Shown here: one piece after another, positions 39,306 through 47,659 of the stretch
Layout: each line of letters begins with the position of its first letter
How positions within the stretch are numbered: the first letter of the stretch is position 1
Origin: Pseudolabrys sp.
Lineage (GTDB): Bacteria > Pseudomonadota > Alphaproteobacteria > Rhizobiales > Xanthobacteraceae
Assembly (NCBI GenBank): GCA_049680165.1
Contig: JBAUHH010000393.1
Span: 1 to 48,362, forward strand
Direction of reading: 5' to 3'
Length of the DNA stretch: 48,362 nucleotides
Position numbers and translations under genes: made by a program
The notes under the pieces: model-generated
Told to the model about the DNA's origin: nothing
What the model saw: the letters and a program-made list of their open reading frames with translations, nothing else
The model's database searches: none

Positions 39306-39470
39306 AGAGGCCCTTCTATTACGGGTACTTCTGCCGCTCGCGGAACACGCGGCGCCAGCCCACCGGCATTAGCCATTTGTCACGATAGGACACGATTTAC
39401 CGCGTATTTTCGCCCCACTCGGCGCATACGTTGTGTCTTGAGGACGCCAAGTCTGACGGAGAGCAAGAAA

Positions 39471-39665
39471 ATGACTACGACCAAGGGCGAGGACCGCAAC
39501 GAGGAGTCCCGCCGGCAAAACAACAACCTCGACGGCCGTTACGGCAAGATCGGCCTCGCTGCCGTCGCTGCGGCCGTGCGCTACAAAGGCGAGTCACGCA
39601 ACCCGGCCTACGCCTTGGATGAACGGGCGACCGCCAACGCTTACGGCTACTTTGCCGAAGCCTGA
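39471..39665 (+). CDS. Small hypothetical protein (64 aa, YGKIGLAAVAAAVRY motif)
   Basis: GGAGAG RBS upstream; coding-like GC3; motif resembles small rhizobial hypotheticals. Confidence 0.65.
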   Translation: MTTTKGEDRNEESRRQNNNLDGRYGKIGLAAVAAAVRYKGESRNPAYALDERATANAYGYFAEA

Positions 39666-39809
39666 AACGGCCTAACGCGCGACCTGCGCTTTCATAAATT
39701 CCGACTTGCACCGCAGCCGGGCACGAGCCCGGCTGTACTGCATTTAAGCCTTGCCTAAGCGGTTGCGGTCGGGCCATGAAATCCGAGCTTCGATAGCAAG
39801 GCAGTGGGG

Positions 39810-40781
39810 ATGCTGTCGGTTTACGTCAAACGTGGAACGTCGCTTGAGCGGGTGCCGGTCGAAGCCGGCACATCGCCGCCGGAGGATGCCGTCTGGCTCG
39901 ATATGGTGATGCCGACGGCACAGGAAGACCGGATGGTCGAGAACCTGGTCGGCATCGCCGTTCCGACCCGTGAAGAGATGCAGGAGATCGAGGTTTCCAG
40001 CCGGCTCTATTCGGAGAACGGCGCGCGTTACATGACCGCGACGCTGATGTGCAATTCGGAAACCGCGACGCCGAAGACCACGCCGGTCACTTTCATCCTG
40101 GCCCATCACCGCCTGGTCACCGTGCGCTACGACGCGCCGCGGCCTTTCGCGATCATCGAGCACAAGCTCGCGCGCACCTGCCCGCCCAACGTGACCGGCG
40201 AATCCGTCCTGATGGATCTGCTCGACGCCGTGATCGACCGCTCCGCCGACATTCTCGAGCGCATCGGCGCGGAGGTCGACCAGCTCTCGCATGCCATCTT
40301 CGAGCCGGAAGTGGAGGCGCCTCCGCTGTCCTACAACGAGGTGCTCAAGACCCTCGGCCGCAAAGGCGATCTCACCTCCAAAGTGCGCGAGAGCCTGGTG
40401 TCGATCGGCCGCCTGCTACTGTTCCTGTCGACCGAAGCGGAAACCATGCGCTGGGCGAAGGATGCGCGCACGCAATTGCAATCCATGCGGCGCGACACGT
40501 CATCGCTGTCGGATCACGCGACCTATCTGGCGAACAAGGTCACGTTCCTGCTCGACGCCATGCTCGGCGTCGTCAACATCCAGCAGAACAACATCATCAA
40601 GATTTTTTCCGTCGCCGCCGTCGGGCTGATGCCGCCGACGCTGATCGCCTCGGTCTATGGCATGAACTTCAAGCACATGCCCGAGCTCGACTGGCATCTC
40701 GGCTATCCGCTCGCGATCATCCTGATGATCTTGTCGGCGGTGGGGCCGTATTTCTTTTTCAAATGGAAGAAGTGGCTTTAG
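39810..40781 (+). CDS. corA: CorA family Mg2+/Co2+ transporter
   Basis: EIEVSSRLY, QN..IKIFSV, PPTLIASVYGMNF..MPEL, two C-terminal TMs. Confidence 0.93.
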   Translation: MLSVYVKRGTSLERVPVEAGTSPPEDAVWLDMVMPTAQEDRMVENLVGIAVPTREEMQEIEVSSRLYSENGARYMTATLMCNSETATPKTTPVTFILAHHRLVTVRYDAPRPFAIIEHKLARTCPPNVTGESVLMDLLDAVIDRSADILERIGAEVDQLSHAIFEPEVEAPPLSYNEVLKTLGRKGDLTSKVRESLVSIGRLLLFLSTEAETMRWAKDARTQLQSMRRDTSSLSDHATYLANKVTFLLDAMLGVVNIQQNNIIKIFSVAAVGLMPPTLIASVYGMNFKHMPELDWHLGYPLAIILMILSAVGPYFFFKWKKWL

Positions 40782-40784
40782 AAA

Positions 40785-41537
40785 TCAGACGTGCTGGCCG
40801 CCGTTGATGTGGATCTCGGCGCCGTTCACGTAAGATGACGTGTCGGTGCACAGCACATAGATGATCTTGGCCACTTCGTCGGTGGTGCCGAGCCGCTGCA
40901 TCGGGATTTGCTCGACGATCTTCTCCGTCCCCGGCGACAGGATCGCGGTGTCGATCTCGCCGGGGGCAATAGCATTCACGCGGACGCCCTGACGGCCGAA
41001 GTCGGAAGCCATTTCGCGCGTGAGCGAGGCGAGGGCGGCTTTTGAAGTGGCGTATGCCGCCCCGGCAAAGGGATGCACGCGTGAGCCGGCGATCGAGGTC
41101 ACGTTGACGACGGACCCTTTCGCCGCCTTGAGCTCGTCCAGCAGCCCGCGCGCCAGCATGATCGGCGCGAAAAAATTCACCCGGAACACCTGCCGCCAGA
41201 CGTCGGCAGTGGTGTCAATCGAGCCGAGCCGATGACCGCCATCGGCCTTGGGCGAGATCGCCGCGTTATTGACCAGCGCGTGCAATTCGTGGGTTTCGAG
41301 CCGGTTCTTGATCTCGGCGATCGCCGCGAGCGTGTTGTCTTCATCTGCGAGGTCGACCTGGATGTGATCCTCGGGGCCGGCCTCCCACGGGCAGTTTTCC
41401 GGGAACGGATGGCGCGAACAGGTAATCACGCGCCAGCCGGCGGCCGAGAAGCGCTTGACCGTGGCATGCCCGATGCCGCGGCTTGCCCCGGTGAGGAGCA
41501 AGGTGCGGCGCGGCTGATTTGTTTGGGAACTCGGCAT
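40785..41537 (-). CDS. SDR oxidoreductase, FixR-like
   Basis: TGASRGIG, CPWEAG, NNA.ISPK, SIAGSRVHPFAG.AYATSKAAL, INGGQH resemble Bradyrhizobium FixR. Confidence 0.9.
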   Translation of the reverse strand: MPSSQTNQPRRTLLLTGASRGIGHATVKRFSAAGWRVITCSRHPFPENCPWEAGPEDHIQVDLADEDNTLAAIAEIKNRLETHELHALVNNAAISPKADGGHRLGSIDTTADVWRQVFRVNFFAPIMLARGLLDELKAAKGSVVNVTSIAGSRVHPFAGAAYATSKAALASLTREMASDFGRQGVRVNAIAPGEIDTAILSPGTEKIVEQIPMQRLGTTDEVAKIIYVLCTDTSSYVNGAEIHINGGQHV

Positions 41538-41552
41538 GGGCGTGATGCTAGC

Positions 41553-42194
41553 TCACGGATACAGACGCGTCTTGTTCCACGGTCCGCCCGGTTCGCTGCG
41601 GCGGAACTCGATGCGGTCGTGCAGGCGGAACGGCCGGTCCTGCCAGAATTCGATCACCAGCGGCAAAATGCGAAAGCCCGACCAGTTCGGCGGCCGTGGA
41701 ACTTCGCCGAGCGCGTATTTGGCGGCGTAAAGCGCCACCGCTTTCTCGAACGCGAGCCGGCTTTCCAGCGGCGAGGATTGCTTGCTTGCCCACGCGCCGA
41801 TCTGCGCCTGCTTCGGGCGTGAGGCAAAATAGGCGTCGGCCTCGGCGTCCGCCACGCGTGCCACATCGCCGCGCACGCGGATCTGCCGGTTCAGCGACTT
41901 CCAGTAAAAAACCAGCGCCGCGCGCGGGCACTTGTCCAACTCATGCCCTTTTTGGCTGTCCATGTTGGTATAGAAAACGAATCCACGCTCATCGGCGCCC
42001 TTGAGTAGCACCATTCGTGCATTGGGAAGACCGTCCGCATCGACGGTCGCGAGCGTCATGGCGGTGGGATCACGCGGTTCCGATGCCGTTGCGTCACGCA
42101 GCCATGCTGCGAAAAGCTGCAACGGCTCGTCAGCGGCGGTGAAATCACCACTCGTTAACCAGGTCGGGTGTTCAATCGGTACCGTATCGGACAT
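41553..42194 (-). CDS. pdxH: Pyridoxamine 5'-phosphate oxidase
   Basis: [43 protein letters not shown]. Confidence 0.96.
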   Translation of the reverse strand: MSDTVPIEHPTWLTSGDFTAADEPLQLFAAWLRDATASEPRDPTAMTLATVDADGLPNARMVLLKGADERGFVFYTNMDSQKGHELDKCPRAALVFYWKSLNRQIRVRGDVARVADAEADAYFASRPKQAQIGAWASKQSSPLESRLAFEKAVALYAAKYALGEVPRPPNWSGFRILPLVIEFWQDRPFRLHDRIEFRRSEPGGPWNKTRLYP

Positions 42195-42264
42195 TGCGCG
42201 GGGTGCTCACTTGGCCGTTCTCTTGGCCTGTCGTTTCCAATGGCGCCTTTATAATGGAACCACC

Positions 42265-42732
42265 GTGGCGCGCCTATGGCGTGGCCCGGCGCGGCGGAGC
42301 CTGCAATTGACGGGCGCCATAGCGCTCGGGCTGGCATGCGGGGCGTGCAGCCTGCCGTCGCAATTCGATTCGATGTTCGCCAGCGCCGACAAGGCCGACA
42401 TCACCGGCTCGATCACCCCACCGCCCGGCAGTAAAGCCGGAGCCGAGCTGCCGCCCGACGGCGACCTTGTCTATACGCGCGCCGCGGTCAGCGAAGTGCT
42501 CAACCGGGGCGGCAAGAACTCAAGCGTCCCCTGGGAAAATCCGCACACCGGCGCACGCGGCACCGTGACCCCGATCGCTTCGGCCTATACCGAGCAGAGC
42601 GGCGCGCTTTGCCGCGATTTTCTTGCGAGCTACGTCAGCCGCAGTTCGGAATCCTGGATGCAGGGCGAGGCGTGCCAGCACAACAAGGGCAAATGGGAAG
42701 TCCGCTCGCTCAAGCCCTGGAAGCGCTCGTAA
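42265..42732 (+). CDS. RT0821/Lpp0805 (17-kDa surface antigen) family lipoprotein
   Basis: Lipobox-like LACGAC; PWENP.TGARG.VTP..CR.FLASY..QGEAC; start uncertain. Confidence 0.8.
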   Translation: MARLWRGPARRSLQLTGAIALGLACGACSLPSQFDSMFASADKADITGSITPPPGSKAGAELPPDGDLVYTRAAVSEVLNRGGKNSSVPWENPHTGARGTVTPIASAYTEQSGALCRDFLASYVSRSSESWMQGEACQHNKGKWEVRSLKPWKRS

Positions 42733-42734
42733 CC

Positions 42735-42826
42735 CCGTTCGTCGCCGCGAAAGCGGGGACCCAGAGCGGCATTTCTTTTGCTCGGTGACGATGGCCCTGG
42801 ATTCCAGCTTGCGAGGGAACGAGCGG
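42735..42826. repeat. Degenerate miniature palindromic element (CCCGCGAAAGCGGGGACCCA...TGGATTCCCGC family)
   Basis: ccgttcgt..acgagcgg termini; ccgc-gaaa-gcgg hairpin; ccag..ctgg inner arms. Confidence 0.75.
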
Positions 42827-42841
42827 AGGATGAGGGACTGC

Positions 42842-42870
42842 GTTGCATCCGGACCGTCCGCGCCCCACAT
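42842..42870 (+). promoter_or_regulatory. Possible RpoH (sigma32) promoter of the DnaJ gene
   Basis: GTTGCA-N16-CCCACAT compared with rhizobial CTTGAA-N16-CCTATAT; precedes a chaperone gene. Confidence 0.4.
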
Positions 42871-42933
42871 TGAAGGTCGAGTCGCCGGCATTTAAACCCG
42901 TCGGCGAGGGGTATTGACCGGAGACAGTCGAGA

Positions 42934-43932
42934 ATGCGCGACCCCTACGAGATTCTGGGGGTATCGAAGGGTGCGAGCGAAGGCGACATCAAGAGCGCCT
43001 TCCGCAAGCTTGCGAAGAAGCTGCATCCCGACGCCAACAAGCACGACCCCAAGGCGGCCTCGCGCTTCGCCGAGCTCAACGCCGCGTACGAAATCCTCGG
43101 CGACGACAAGAAGCGCAAGGCCTTTGACGGCGGCGAGATCGACGCCGAGGGCAAGCCGCGCTTCCGCGGCTTCGAAGGCTTCGGCGCGGGCGGGCAGCCG
43201 AGCCGCGGCGGTTTCGGCCGCGAGGGCAACTTCGAAACTTTCTCCTGGGGTCCCGACGGCTTTCAGCGTGCCGGCAATGCGGGCGCTGGCGGCGCCGGAA
43301 TGCGCGGCGGCTTCGAGGACATTCTGCGCGGCATGTTCGGCGGCGCGGCGCGTGCGCGGAGCGGTGGCTCCAGCGGCCAGTTCGAGCCGGAAGATTTCGG
43401 CGAGCCGCAGACCGGTCAGGATCTCAACGCGACGCTCACCATCAGTCTTCCGGAAGCGGCGAAGGGCGTGAAGACGCGCGTCCATCTGCCGACCGGCAAG
43501 GACGTCGAGGTGAAAATTCCGGCTGGGCTTACCAGCGGCCAGCAGATCAGACTTAAGGGGCAGGGCTGGCCGGGCCACGCCGGCTCCGGCGACGCGCTGA
43601 TCACCGTCACTATCGCGCCGCATCCGGTGTTCACGCCGGACGGCACGGATTTGCGTCTCGATCTGCCGATCACGCTCTACGAAGCGGTGCTCGGCGGAAA
43701 GGTGCGTGTGCCCACGCTCGACGGCGCGGTCGAGCTTGCGATCCCGGCGGAGACAAATTCCGGCCGCACGTTCCGCCTGAAGGGCAAGGGACTGAAAAGC
43801 AAAAGCGGCACTGGCGACCTGCTCGCCACGGTGCGCATCGTGCTGCCGGAGCGCGGTGACGCCGAGCTCAAGGACCTCATGCGCAAATGGCGCGAGAGCA
43901 AGCCTTACGATCCGCGCAAGGATCTGGAATAG
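42934..43932 (+). CDS. DnaJ-class chaperone without zinc finger (CbpA-like)
   Basis: J-domain with HPD; G/F-rich region; DnaJ_C ([25 protein letters not shown]); no CxxCxGxG. Confidence 0.93.
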   Translation: MRDPYEILGVSKGASEGDIKSAFRKLAKKLHPDANKHDPKAASRFAELNAAYEILGDDKKRKAFDGGEIDAEGKPRFRGFEGFGAGGQPSRGGFGREGNFETFSWGPDGFQRAGNAGAGGAGMRGGFEDILRGMFGGAARARSGGSSGQFEPEDFGEPQTGQDLNATLTISLPEAAKGVKTRVHLPTGKDVEVKIPAGLTSGQQIRLKGQGWPGHAGSGDALITVTIAPHPVFTPDGTDLRLDLPITLYEAVLGGKVRVPTLDGAVELAIPAETNSGRTFRLKGKGLKSKSGTGDLLATVRIVLPERGDAELKDLMRKWRESKPYDPRKDLE

Positions 43933-43934
43933 CT

Positions 43935-44019
43935 GTCATGGCCGGGCTTGACCCGGCCATCTCGCTTAGGAACGCAGTGCCTTCCTGAGCGGGGTCACCG
44001 GGACAAGCCCGGTGACGAC
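43935..44019. repeat. Miniature palindromic element (GTCATGGCCGGGCTTGACCCGGCCATC family)
   Basis: atggccggg-cttga-cccggccat; cgcttaggaa..ttcctgagcg; gtcaccggg-acaag-cccggtgac; between convergent genes. Confidence 0.85.
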
Positions 44020-44026
44020 AACAAAT

Positions 44027-44824
44027 TCACGACTTGCGTCCGCCGCCCTTGTCGATCTGCTCGTAGACCGCTTCGGTGATCTTTTTCAGGCGGTCGCGAT
44101 CGGCGGGACCGCTCACAACGTAGGCGACGTTGTTATCCACCCAATAGAACGCGGCGGCACGGGCTTCGTCCTTGTAGCGGAGCGCCGTCTCCGGCGAGGT
44201 CGAACGCGCGCAGTAGATGGTAAAGCGCTCGCCCGAGGGGCCTTCGTACATATAGAACGCGGCGGCCTCGCCGGTCGGACCCGGCAGCAGCCGCCCGCCG
44301 ACCAGCTTGAGGCCGATGGACTGCAATTCTGGCACCTGTAGCGGATAACCGACGCGCTTCGACAGCCATTGCGTCATGTGCGCGCGCTCATTGCCCGGCA
44401 CTTCGACCGGGTGACGGACTTCGACGACGTAGAGCTTGTAGGCGTCGAGCGCCTCGGCGGTGAACCGCTCGACGCTGTTCGGCGCAGCGGCCGACGCGCC
44501 GCGCGCCACCCAGCCGGTGGCGCCGCCAAACATGAACGCGGCAATTGCCGCGGCGGCTGCAAACGCCGCCCAAGAGCGGCCGCCGCGCCGGCTGCTCTGA
44601 ATCAATTGCTCGAGCTTGAGACGTCCCGGCACCGGTTCGTTGGCGACGGCGCCGTAGCGCGCGCGGATGGATTCGGCTTGCGCGCGCCACGCGGCGATGA
44701 GTTCGGCATCGTCGGTGTGCGCGGTCAGCCAGTCGGCAACCGCCTTTTGCCGGTCGGCGGGCAGCTCGCCGTCGATATAGGCGTGCAACTCGTCCTCGGT
44801 CACGGGTGAATCGCGATCAGTCAT
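44027..44824 (-). CDS. Transmembrane anti-sigma factor (PrtR/RsiW-like)
   Basis: LHAYIDGEL, TM, RHPVEV..WLSKR, LVGGRLLP..MYE..GER.T. Confidence 0.88.
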   Translation of the reverse strand: MTDRDSPVTEDELHAYIDGELPADRQKAVADWLTAHTDDAELIAAWRAQAESIRARYGAVANEPVPGRLKLEQLIQSSRRGGRSWAAFAAAAAIAAFMFGGATGWVARGASAAAPNSVERFTAEALDAYKLYVVEVRHPVEVPGNERAHMTQWLSKRVGYPLQVPELQSIGLKLVGGRLLPGPTGEAAAFYMYEGPSGERFTIYCARSTSPETALRYKDEARAAAFYWVDNNVAYVVSGPADRDRLKKITEAVYEQIDKGGGRKS

Positions 44825-44840
44825 GGCTCCACCTTCATCT

Positions 44841-45332
44841 TCATTTCACGCGGCGCAGCGTCGGACGCTCGCCGTCGAGATAGGCTTTGATCTGCACGCG
44901 CGCACGCGCCAGACGCGACATAACCGTTCCAATCGGCACGCCTTGAACTTCGGCGACCTCGCGGTAGCTCAGTCCTTCGAGCACCACGAGCAGCAGCGCG
45001 TTGCGCTGGTCTTCCACCAGCGTCGCGAGCGCCCGCTCGATGTCGCGCCCGCCGGCTTCCGGCCCCGCCATGTCGGGCGCGTCGTTGTCCTCGATCGGCG
45101 AGAGCGTCGGCCGCCGCGCCAGCGACCGCAGGCGATTGCGGTTCAGGTTGGTGAGGATGGTGTAGAGCCAGCTGCGCACGTCTCCACCGTGAAAAAGGTG
45201 TTCCGAACGCAGCGCCCGCACCAGCGTGTCCTGCACCAGATCGTCAGCCGCGTCGCTATCGCGCGTGAGCGCCCGCGCGTAACGCCGTAGTGCCGGAATC
45301 GTAGCCTCGACGTTCTGCCGAAACCCAGCCAA
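44841..45332 (-). CDS. ECF RNA polymerase sigma factor (PrtI / ECF26-like)
   Basis: IPALRRYARAL..ADDLVQD, WLYTILTN, EGLSY.EVA..PIGTVMSRLARAR; GGGAGG before TTG at 45332. Confidence 0.92.
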   Translation of the reverse strand: MAGFRQNVEATIPALRRYARALTRDSDAADDLVQDTLVRALRSEHLFHGGDVRSWLYTILTNLNRNRLRSLARRPTLSPIEDNDAPDMAGPEAGGRDIERALATLVEDQRNALLLVVLEGLSYREVAEVQGVPIGTVMSRLARARVQIKAYLDGERPTLRRVK

Positions 45333-45433
45333 TCCGCGCCTCCCTGATTTCAACTGGCTTTTGTGTGGGCCGTAGTTCGGGCCCCCGCAAGGCTTTACGC
45401 GACGCGTCTTGCGTAACCGTTGATCACTGAAAA

Positions 45434-45459
45434 TAACCCCGGATCGCCGCGCATATTCC
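45434..45459 (-). promoter_or_regulatory. Putative autoregulatory ECF promoter
   Basis: Minus strand GGAAT-N17-GTTA about 100 bp upstream of the ECF sigma gene. Confidence 0.55.
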
Positions 45460-45574
45460 TGAAATCGAATGAATTAACGTTGGAAATGCCCCGTCCGGCC
45501 GTCATTGCTTGATGGGCCTATACCGCTATGTCATACGAAAGTAACCGGCTGACGCCGGCCACGCGGAGAGTGGA

Positions 45575-46396
45575 ATGGCGGAAATGTCGGGCCTGATGCG
45601 CGGCAAGCGCGGGTTGATCATGGGCGTGGCCAACAACCGCTCGATCGCCTGGGGCATTGCGCGAGCCTGCCGCGAACAGGGCGCCGAACTTGCTTTCACC
45701 TATCAGGGCGACGCGCTCAAGAAACGGGTCGGGCCGCTGGCCGAGGAGGTCGGCGGTCTCGTGGCCGGTCATTGCGACGTCACGGACGCCGGCACCATCG
45801 ACGCCGTGTTCGACACGGTCAAATCGGCGTGGGGATCGCTCGACTTCCTCGTCCACGCGATCGCATTCTCGGACAAGGGCCAGCTCGACGGCCGCTACAT
45901 CGACACCACGGAAGAGAATTTCACCAAGACCATGCTGGTGAGCTGTTACTCTTTCACGGCGGTGGCGCAGCGGGCCGAGAAACTGATGACAAACGGCGGC
46001 TCGATGCTGACGCTGACCTATTACGGCGCCGAGAAATGGATGCCGCACTACAACGTGATGGGATTGGCGAAAGCCGCGCTCGAATGCTCGGTGCGCTACA
46101 TGGCCGCGGACCTTGGCGTTAAGAACATCCGCGTCAACGCCATTTCGTCGGGACCGATCAAGACGCTGGCGGCGTCGGGCATCGGCGATTTCCGCTACAT
46201 CCTGAAGTGGAACGAATACAACACGCCGCTGCGCCGCAACGTCACGCTCGAAGAAGTCGGCCAGACCGGCGTCTATTTCCTCTCCGACATGTCGCGCGGC
46301 GTCACCGGTGAAATCCACCACGTGGATGCCGGCTATCACGTCGTCGGCATGAAGCATCCGGACGCACCCGACATCGCGGTGGGCAAGGACGACTGA
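45575..46396 (+). CDS. fabI: Enoyl-ACP reductase
   Basis: GVANNRSIAWGIA, HAIAFSD, YNVMGLAKAALE, GPIKTLAASGI. Confidence 0.96.
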   Translation: MAEMSGLMRGKRGLIMGVANNRSIAWGIARACREQGAELAFTYQGDALKKRVGPLAEEVGGLVAGHCDVTDAGTIDAVFDTVKSAWGSLDFLVHAIAFSDKGQLDGRYIDTTEENFTKTMLVSCYSFTAVAQRAEKLMTNGGSMLTLTYYGAEKWMPHYNVMGLAKAALECSVRYMAADLGVKNIRVNAISSGPIKTLAASGIGDFRYILKWNEYNTPLRRNVTLEEVGQTGVYFLSDMSRGVTGEIHHVDAGYHVVGMKHPDAPDIAVGKDD

Positions 46397-46402
46397 TTTC
46401 CA

Positions 46403-46996
46403 GTGCTAGTCGTCTATTACATCCGACACGGCGAAACCGATTGGAACGTCGAGGGCCGGCTGCAAGGCCGCCACGACGTGCCGCTCAATGCCAAAGGTCG
46501 CGCGCAGGCCACTCACTGCGGCGAGGTCCTGCGCGATCTGCTCGCGCGTGACGGCATCAACGCCGCCGGTCTCGACTACGTGTCGAGCCCATTGGGCCGT
46601 GCGCGGCAGACCATGGAATTGCTGCGGCCATCGCTCGGGCTGGATTCAACGAGCTATGCGATAGAGTCGGAGCTTGCGGAAATTTCCTTCGGCGACTGGG
46701 AAGGTTTCACCATCGCGCAATTGCGCGAGCGCGATCCGCAAGGCATCGCCCAACGCGAGCAGGATAAATGGAGCTTCCTCGCGCCGGGCGGCGAAAGCTA
46801 CGCCATGGTGTCGGCGCGCATGGGGGCGTGGCACGGTGCGCTGACGCGCGATTGCGTCGTCACCTCGCATGGCGGCACGGCGCGCGGCTTGATTGCCCAC
46901 CTCGGCATTGCGCAAAAGGCGGCGGCGCCGCTCATCGATATCGCGCAAGGCATCGTTTATGTGTTCAAGGACGGCCGCATGAGCCATTACGCCTGA
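46403..46996 (+). CDS. Histidine phosphatase (phosphoglycerate mutase) family protein
   Basis: RHGETDWN, SPLGRARQT, EISFGDWEG, SHGG. Confidence 0.92.
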   Translation: MLVVYYIRHGETDWNVEGRLQGRHDVPLNAKGRAQATHCGEVLRDLLARDGINAAGLDYVSSPLGRARQTMELLRPSLGLDSTSYAIESELAEISFGDWEGFTIAQLRERDPQGIAQREQDKWSFLAPGGESYAMVSARMGAWHGALTRDCVVTSHGGTARGLIAHLGIAQKAAAPLIDIAQGIVYVFKDGRMSHYA

Positions 46997-47012
46997 CGGT
47001 TTGCAAAGCCGC

Positions 47013-47048
47013 AAAAAGAAAACGGCCGGACGTCAAGTCCGGCCGTTT
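47013..47048 (-). terminator. Intrinsic terminator (possibly bidirectional)
   Basis: aaacggccggac-gtcaa-gtccggccgttt stem; TTTTCTTTTT tail on the minus strand. Confidence 0.8.
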
Positions 47049-47067
47049 CGCCGAGTGTCTCGATAAA

Positions 47068-47328
47068 TCAGGACTTCTTGTCGGTCTTCTTGTCCATCGT
47101 GTTGGACTTGGACTTGCTGGACTTGCTCTTCTTGCTTTTCTTGCTCGACTTCTTCGTCGACTTCTTGGTCGACTTCTTCGCCGGCTTCGCGTCAGCCGGC
47201 TTCTTGTCGGTGCTGGTGGCCTGCGCCGACAGCGTGGTGCTGGTGGCGGCAGACTGAGCCGCAAAGACCGGCAGGCTGGTCGCGGTCAGGAAGCCGAGTG
47301 CGGCAACGATGGCAGTGAGTTTGCGCAT
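47068..47328 (-). CDS. Small secreted Lys/Ser-rich low-complexity protein
   Basis: GAGGA RBS; signal peptide MRKLTAIVAALGFLTATSLPVFA; KKST/KKSS repeats; own terminator. Confidence 0.8.
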   Translation of the reverse strand: MRKLTAIVAALGFLTATSLPVFAAQSAATSTTLSAQATSTDKKPADAKPAKKSTKKSTKKSSKKSKKSKSSKSKSNTMDKKTDKKS

Positions 47329-47659
47329 GGTGATCATCCTCATGGGTCCATTCGAATGGAAGAAGCTGACAGACGATCTGTCCGGCTCAAGTTTTTGGTT
47401 GGGCCTTTTGCACTCCTGTCCAAGGCCACTTAAATATCGCGGCGCCGTGACAGCGGCAATTCGAAAAGCGAAAAATCCTTTATTTCTCCGAAGGTTAACG
47501 GGCGTTCAGGTTGCCATGAACGGACATTCAGACGCGCGCACTATGGTGTGATGCGCGCCGTTCGCGCGAACGATCTTAACGTTGCGCATTAACGCTTGCT
47601 GCCGCTCATTTGACCGTCGCAAACGCGCGGGCTACCAAACTCGCGAAAGCAGAACTCGT

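Noticed and set aside
47576..47593. Full CtrA box upstream of aroC
   Set aside because: Spacer is 9 nt instead of 7; kept only as part of the operator-array finding
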